Source of the DNA: Actinomycetes bacterium | Lineage (GTDB): Bacteria; Actinomycetota; Actinomycetes; JACCUZ01 | DNA: 45,163 nt | Reading direction: 5' to 3' | Assembly: GCA_036380775.1 (NCBI GenBank) | Contig: DASVED010000023.1 | Span: 1 to 45,163 of the forward strand | Shown here: positions 40,922 through 45,163 of the stretch, in pieces | Layout: every line of letters begins with the position of its first letter | How positions within the stretch are numbered: the stretch's first letter is position 1 | Translations under genes and position numbers: made by a program | The notes under the pieces: model-generated | Database searches by the model: none | Seen by the model: the letters and a program-made list of their open reading frames with translations, nothing else | Told to the model about the DNA's origin: nothing

Positions 40922-43900
40922 GTGAGCTTCGACATGCCGGGCCCGGGGACCCCTCCCCGGCGCCCCGTGATGCCCTCCCGCCGTCGGAGCCGGGCACTGC
41001 TGCCGACCCTGGTGATTCTCGGCGTCCTGCTGATCGGCTTCAGCATCTTCACCGGCTTCTACACCGACCTGCTGTGGTTCCGCTCGGTGGGCTACGAATC
41101 GGTCTTCACCCGGACGCTCACGGCCAAGGCGCTGCTCTTCGTCGTGTTCGGTCTGGTGTTCGCCGGGGTCGTCGCGGTGAACTTCCTGGTCGCCTACCGG
41201 TATCGCCCGGCGTACCAGGCGATGATCCCCGGCCAGCAGGAGCTCGACCGCTACCGCATGGCTCTCGACCCCTACAAGCGGGTCGTCGTGCTCACCATCG
41301 TCACCCTGCTCGGGCTGATCGCCGGGTCGTCGGCGGCAGGGGAGTGGCGGACCTACGTGCAGTGGCGCAACGGCGTCGAGTTCGGGATCAAGGACCAGCA
41401 GTTCGGCAAGGACATCTCGTACTTCGCCTTCGACCTGCCGTGGTGGCGCTTCGTGCTGGGCTTCGCCATCGCCACGATCGTCGTCGGGCTCATCGCGGCC
41501 GCCGCAACCCACTACCTCTACGGCGGGCTCCGGCTGCAGGCGGTGCTCGGTGAGCGAGCGACCCCAGCTGCGCGGGTGCACCTCTCCGTGCTGGTGGGCA
41601 CCTTCGTCCTGCTCCGGGCGATCGGCTACTGGCTGGACCGCTACGGCCTCGCGGTCGGCGAGCACCGGATCGGCAGGGCCGACTTCACCGGGCTCAACTA
41701 CACCGACGTCAACGCCGTGCTGCAGGGCAAGACCATCCTGGCGATCATCTCGCTGATGTGCGCGGCGCTGTTCTTCGCCAACATCGTGCGGCGCACCTGG
41801 CTGCTGCCCGGCATCGGCGTCGGCCTCCTGCTGCTGTCGGCGGTGCTGATCGGCGGCGTCTACCCGGCACTCGTGCAGCGGTTCCAGGTCGCGCCGAACG
41901 AGGCCGACAACGAGCAGCCGTACATCAAGCGCAACATCGAAGCGACGCGGGACGCGTACGACATCGACGACGTCGAGATCACCGACTACAGCGCTGCCAC
42001 CACGGCCACCCAGGAGGAGCTGCGAGCAGCCTCGGAGACCACGGCGAACGTCCGGCTGCTCGACCCGGCGCTGCTCAGCCCGACCTTCAAGAACCTCCAG
42101 CAGTTCCGGCCCTACTACGACTTCGCGGACTACCTGGGGGTCGACCGCTACACGATCGACGGCGAGCGCCGCGACCTCGTGATGGCGGTCCGCGAGGTCA
42201 GCCTGGAGGGCGTCCCGCCCCAGCAGCGCAACTGGATCAACGACCACACGGTCTACACGCACGGCTACGGCTTCGTCGCGGCGTACGGCGAGGAGACCAC
42301 CGACGGTGGCCGGCCCTCGTTCGTCTCGTCCGACATCCCACCGCAGGGCGAGATCACCGAGTACGAGCCGCGCGTGTACTTCGGCCAGGAGTCGCCGACC
42401 TACAGCATCGTGGGCGGCACGAACGCGGTCGAACTCGACTTCCCCGACGACTCGGCGGCGTCGGGAGTCCGGAACACCAGGTACGAGGGCGAGGGCGGTG
42501 TCCCGGTCGGCAGCCTGTTCCACAAGCTGCTGTTCGCGACCAAGTACCAGGAGGCCAACCTCCTCCTGTCGGGCCGGATCGAGTCCGACTCGAAGATCCT
42601 CTACGTCCGCAACCCGAAGGAGCGGGTCGAGAAGGTCGCGCCCTGGCTGACCCTGGACGGTGACCCGTACCCGGTGGTGGCCGACGGCCGGATCCAGTGG
42701 GTGGTCGATGGCTACACCACCAGCAACGGCTACCCGTACTCCACGCGCAGCACGCTCGACGACGTGACCACCGACTCGCTGTCGACCACGAGAGCCGGGA
42801 TTGTGACGCCGGTCGCGCGGGTCAACTACATCCGCAACTCGGTGAAGGCGACCGTGGACGCCTACGACGGCACGGTCACGCTCTACGAGTGGGACACCCA
42901 GGACCCGGTCCTGAAGACCTGGAAGAAGGCGTTCCCCGACACGGTGCAGGACCGGTCCGAGATCAGCGACGAGCTGCTTGCCCATCTGCGCTACCCCGAG
43001 GACCTGTTCAAGGTGCAGCGGATGCTCCTCGCCAACTACCACGTGGAAAGGCCGCAGACCTTCTACAACGGGTCCGACTTCTGGCGGGTGCCGCTCGACC
43101 CGACCAGGGCGACGGAGGCGCTCCAGCCCCCCTACTACCTGACGCTGCAGATGCCGGGCCAGGCCGAGCCGGCGTTCTCCCTGACGTCGACCTATGTGCC
43201 GACGGGTGACCGCAACAACCTGGCGGCCTTCGTCACCGTCAATGCCGATCCGGGGCCGGACTATGGCAAGTTCCGGGTGCTCGAGCTGCCGAGGTCGTCG
43301 CAGATCAACGGACCGTCGCAGGTGCAGAACCAGCTCGAGTCCGACGACGTGATCGCCGAGGAGATCAACATCCTCAAGCGCGGCACAAAGGTGCAGTACG
43401 GCAACCTGCTCACCCTCCCGCTCGGCGGTGGCCTGCTCTACGTCGAGCCGGTCTACGTGCAGGCCGACGCGGCCACCTCGTTCCCGCTCCTGCGCAAGGT
43501 CCTGGTGTCCTTCGGCAACGACGTCGCTTTCGAGGACACCCTCGAGGAGGCGCTCGACTCATTGTTCGCCGCTCAGGGCGGGATCGACACCGAGGAGCCG
43601 GGAAGCGAAGAGCCGCCGCCGCCCGACGGTGAGCCGGTGGACCAGAACGCCGCGCTCGCGGATGCGCTGGAAGACGCCCAGCGGGCAATCCAGGCCGCCG
43701 GCGAGGCCTTGGAGGCGGGCGACTTCACCGCGTACGGCGAGGCCCAGAACGACCTGCGCGACGCGATCGACCGTGCGGTGGCCGCGCAGCGGGCCGGTGG
43801 CAGCGCCGGGTCCGAGACACCCGCCCCGACCGGGTCGGCACCACCGCCGACCGGGTCGGCGTCACCGACCGGCAGCCCGTCGCCCTCGCCCTCGGGCTGA
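40922..43900 (+). CDS. UPF0182 family large membrane protein
   Basis: 992 aa with about 7 N-terminal TM helices (FTGFYTDLLWFRSVGY) and a large extracytoplasmic domain. The C-terminal tail is acidic and then Pro/Ser/Thr/Gly-rich. Confidence 0.9.
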   Translation: MSFDMPGPGTPPRRPVMPSRRRSRALLPTLVILGVLLIGFSIFTGFYTDLLWFRSVGYESVFTRTLTAKALLFVVFGLVFAGVVAVNFLVAYRYRPAYQAMIPGQQELDRYRMALDPYKRVVVLTIVTLLGLIAGSSAAGEWRTYVQWRNGVEFGIKDQQFGKDISYFAFDLPWWRFVLGFAIATIVVGLIAAAATHYLYGGLRLQAVLGERATPAARVHLSVLVGTFVLLRAIGYWLDRYGLAVGEHRIGRADFTGLNYTDVNAVLQGKTILAIISLMCAALFFANIVRRTWLLPGIGVGLLLLSAVLIGGVYPALVQRFQVAPNEADNEQPYIKRNIEATRDAYDIDDVEITDYSAATTATQEELRAASETTANVRLLDPALLSPTFKNLQQFRPYYDFADYLGVDRYTIDGERRDLVMAVREVSLEGVPPQQRNWINDHTVYTHGYGFVAAYGEETTDGGRPSFVSSDIPPQGEITEYEPRVYFGQESPTYSIVGGTNAVELDFPDDSAASGVRNTRYEGEGGVPVGSLFHKLLFATKYQEANLLLSGRIESDSKILYVRNPKERVEKVAPWLTLDGDPYPVVADGRIQWVVDGYTTSNGYPYSTRSTLDDVTTDSLSTTRAGIVTPVARVNYIRNSVKATVDAYDGTVTLYEWDTQDPVLKTWKKAFPDTVQDRSEISDELLAHLRYPEDLFKVQRMLLANYHVERPQTFYNGSDFWRVPLDPTRATEALQPPYYLTLQMPGQAEPAFSLTSTYVPTGDRNNLAAFVTVNADPGPDYGKFRVLELPRSSQINGPSQVQNQLESDDVIAEEINILKRGTKVQYGNLLTLPLGGGLLYVEPVYVQADAATSFPLLRKVLVSFGNDVAFEDTLEEALDSLFAAQGGIDTEEPGSEEPPPPDGEPVDQNAALADALEDAQRAIQAAGEALEAGDFTAYGEAQNDLRDAIDRAVAAQRAGGSAGSETPAPTGSAPPPTGSASPTGSPSPSPSG

Positions 43901-43911
43901 TCCCGCTGATT

Positions 43912-43940
43912 TTGCAGGCGCCCGCGCGGCTGGGTAGAGT
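43912..43940 (+). promoter_or_regulatory. candidate promoter of the tRNA-Met gene
   Basis: TTGCAG (43912-43917), 17-nt spacer, TAGAGT (43935-43940). The tRNA 5' end lies 12 nt downstream. Confidence 0.5.
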
Positions 43941-43951
43941 GGGCGCCACGA

Positions 43952-44028
43952 CGCGGGGTGGAGCAGCTCGGTAGCTCGCTGGGCTCATAACCCAGAGGTC
44001 GCTGGTTCACATCCTGCCCCCGCTGCCA
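43952..44028 (+). tRNA. tRNA-Met (CAU), initiator type, CCA encoded
   Basis: Acceptor stem CGCGGGG / CCCCGCT, D arm GAGC...GCTC, anticodon arm CTGGG-CTCATAA-CCCAG with three G:C pairs, T arm GCTGG-TTCACAT-CCTGC, and 3' GCCA. Confidence 0.85.
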
Positions 44029-44039
44029 AGAAAGTGCAG

Positions 44040-44074
44040 GACGAGGGCCATGATCATTGATCATGGCCCTCGTC
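44040..44074 (+). terminator. 35-nt perfect palindrome / hairpin after the tRNA
   Basis: GACGAGGGCCATGATCA-T-TGATCATGGCCCTCGTC has 17-bp arms and begins 11 nt after the tRNA 3' end. Confidence 0.5.
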
Positions 44075-44632
44075 GCGTGTGGGCACGATGTGGGCAGCGC
44101 ACGCCAACGGTCGCCAAGAGCGATTCGGCCAAGACGAAAGCTGAAGTCGCGGGCGGACTCGGCCGGACGTGAGCGGACCAACTCCGCGGATCCTGCGTCG
44201 CCCGCCGACTTGACCTCTGGGTCGTTGTCCCACGGTCACGCGCCAGACGAGTGAGGACGACAGGAAGATCATCTAAGATGGCGGCATGCGACCGTGCCGC
44301 CTCGCTCGTTCGTGCGAGATGTGGGCAGGAAGGGGCGGTCTGGCAGCGACGTCGGTCTGGTGTGGCACTCGGCATGCGGTTGGCAGGAGAACGTCGCTGG
44401 ATGGTGCTCCCGGTCAGGCTCCACAGGTCGGGACGCTTGCCGCCGGTGGTTCTCCAACCAGCCGCGGTAGCCGCCGGAGCGTGCAGATAGGGGGTTCCCG
44501 ACCTCGTGCCAGATCGGAGCTGCCTGAGCCGAAAGGATCCGCCAACTCGCGCGTGGACTAACCAGTTGTCCACAGGCCGGCAGGCGCACCCTGATAGCAG
44601 AGGCCGGCGGCTCGATCCGGGACGATGACGCC

Positions 44633-44965
44633 ATGCAGAAGTTGTCGTTGACCGCCCTGGCCCGCGAACAGCTGACGAGTGCGAAGGAGGCGTCCAGCGG
44701 CCGCAGCGCTCAGACGGTGTACGGGGGGCACGAGCACGTGCTGCGCCAGACCGTGGTCGCGTTGGCAGCCGGTCACCGACTCGAGGAGCACGAGAACCCG
44801 GGCGAGGCGACCGTGCACGTGCTCACCGGCCGGGTCAGGCTCGGTGCCAGAGACGCCACCTGGGACGGCTCTCCCGGAGACCTGTTGATCGTGCCCGACA
44901 CGCGGCACACCCTCGAAGCACTCGAGGACTCCACGGTGTTCCTCACCGTGGCCAAACATCGCTGA
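44633..44965 (+). CDS. cupin domain protein
   Basis: 110 aa: GHRLEEHENPGEATVHVLTGRVRL...GDLLIVPDTRHTLEALEDSTVFLTV, a two-motif cupin beta-barrel pattern. Confidence 0.8.
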   Translation: MQKLSLTALAREQLTSAKEASSGRSAQTVYGGHEHVLRQTVVALAAGHRLEEHENPGEATVHVLTGRVRLGARDATWDGSPGDLLIVPDTRHTLEALEDSTVFLTVAKHR

Positions 44966-45108
44966 CATCGAGGTCGCCAGTGTCGGCGCGTCTCGAACCG
45001 GTGCAGGTCCACACTGGTCACGCGGCCCGCCTCCAGTGCATCGCGTGCGGATCGACGTTCTGCCGGTTGCTGATTGTCCCGACGGATGGCAGGGACACAA
45101 TCAGCAGC

Positions 45109-45163
45109 ATGGATCTTCAGGACACATTGGAGCAGGTCAGGGCCGAGATCGCGCCGTCCATCG
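45109..45163 (+). CDS. 5' end of an unidentified gene (runs off the window)
   Basis: ATG 45109 gives MDLQDTLEQVRAEIAPSI, open to the window edge. An imperfect inverted repeat (45070-45080 / 45092-45104) lies just upstream. Confidence 0.3.
   Translation, partial: MDLQDTLEQVRAEIAPSI

Noticed and set aside
44516-44543. The minus-strand translation ELADPFGSGSS resembles DNA methyltransferase motif I (DPFxGSGTT), hinting at a methylase pseudogene next to the tRNA.
   Set aside because: The match is only about 9 residues long and is bounded by a stop 6 codons upstream. The downstream sequence is not protein-like and ends about 33 codons after the motif. This is too short to separate from chance without a blastx search.
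43952-44632. A possible integrated mobile element at the tRNA-Met 3' end.
   Set aside because: There is no integrase, excisionase or phage/ICE gene. I could find no direct repeat of the tRNA 3' end downstream within the window, and the next genes look like ordinary chromosomal genes.

Overview
This is a high-GC (roughly 70%) actinobacterial chromosome segment, densely coding on both strands, with about 50 credible CDS and one tRNA. I saw no rRNA, CRISPR array, transposase, integrase or prophage genes. From memory, the gene order matches the conserved Mycobacterium tuberculosis Rv3206c-Rv3193c neighbourhood: moeZ, MGMT-like protein, adnA-adnB, nudC, mycoredoxin, uvrD2, whiB7, ABC1 kinase, DUF2342 hydrolase, PDZ/Lon-like protease and the UPF0182 membrane protein. 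This therefore looks like core genome rather than an accessory island. Most long Arg/Pro/Gly-rich ORFs in the supplied track are shadow ORFs on the wrong strand or frame of real genes. Several true starts are internal to the listed ORFs, and four likely genes are shorter than the 60-aa track cutoff. Start/stop overlaps (GTGA or ATGA) link many gene pairs: 274, 3954, 6098, 13491, 19690, 24848, 26564, 35886-35889 and 38508. I cannot point to an unambiguous new multi-gene system such as a defence island. The best follow-up targets are listed here. (1) A dense array of DnaA-box-like TGTGGAC repeats at 34508-34648, away from any dnaA/dnaN context. (2) The complete whiB7 attenuator: A-tract promoter, 95-codon uORF, intrinsic terminator and a duplicated terminator arm, plus a small downstream ORF. 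(3) An operon of a small helical protein, a WXG-like/DUF1023 hydrolase and a lipoprotein, which looks like a type VII secretion effector module. (4) A divergent E1/ThiF-like protein with a possible peptide-binding N-domain, clustered with an ABC1 kinase, an M20 amidohydrolase and two Cys4 mini-proteins. (5) Two strong GC-rich hairpins in a 455-nt gap. (6) An initiator-type tRNA-Met with an odd T-arm, followed by about 600 nt with no gene. All functional calls come from motif recognition by eye; no searches were run.
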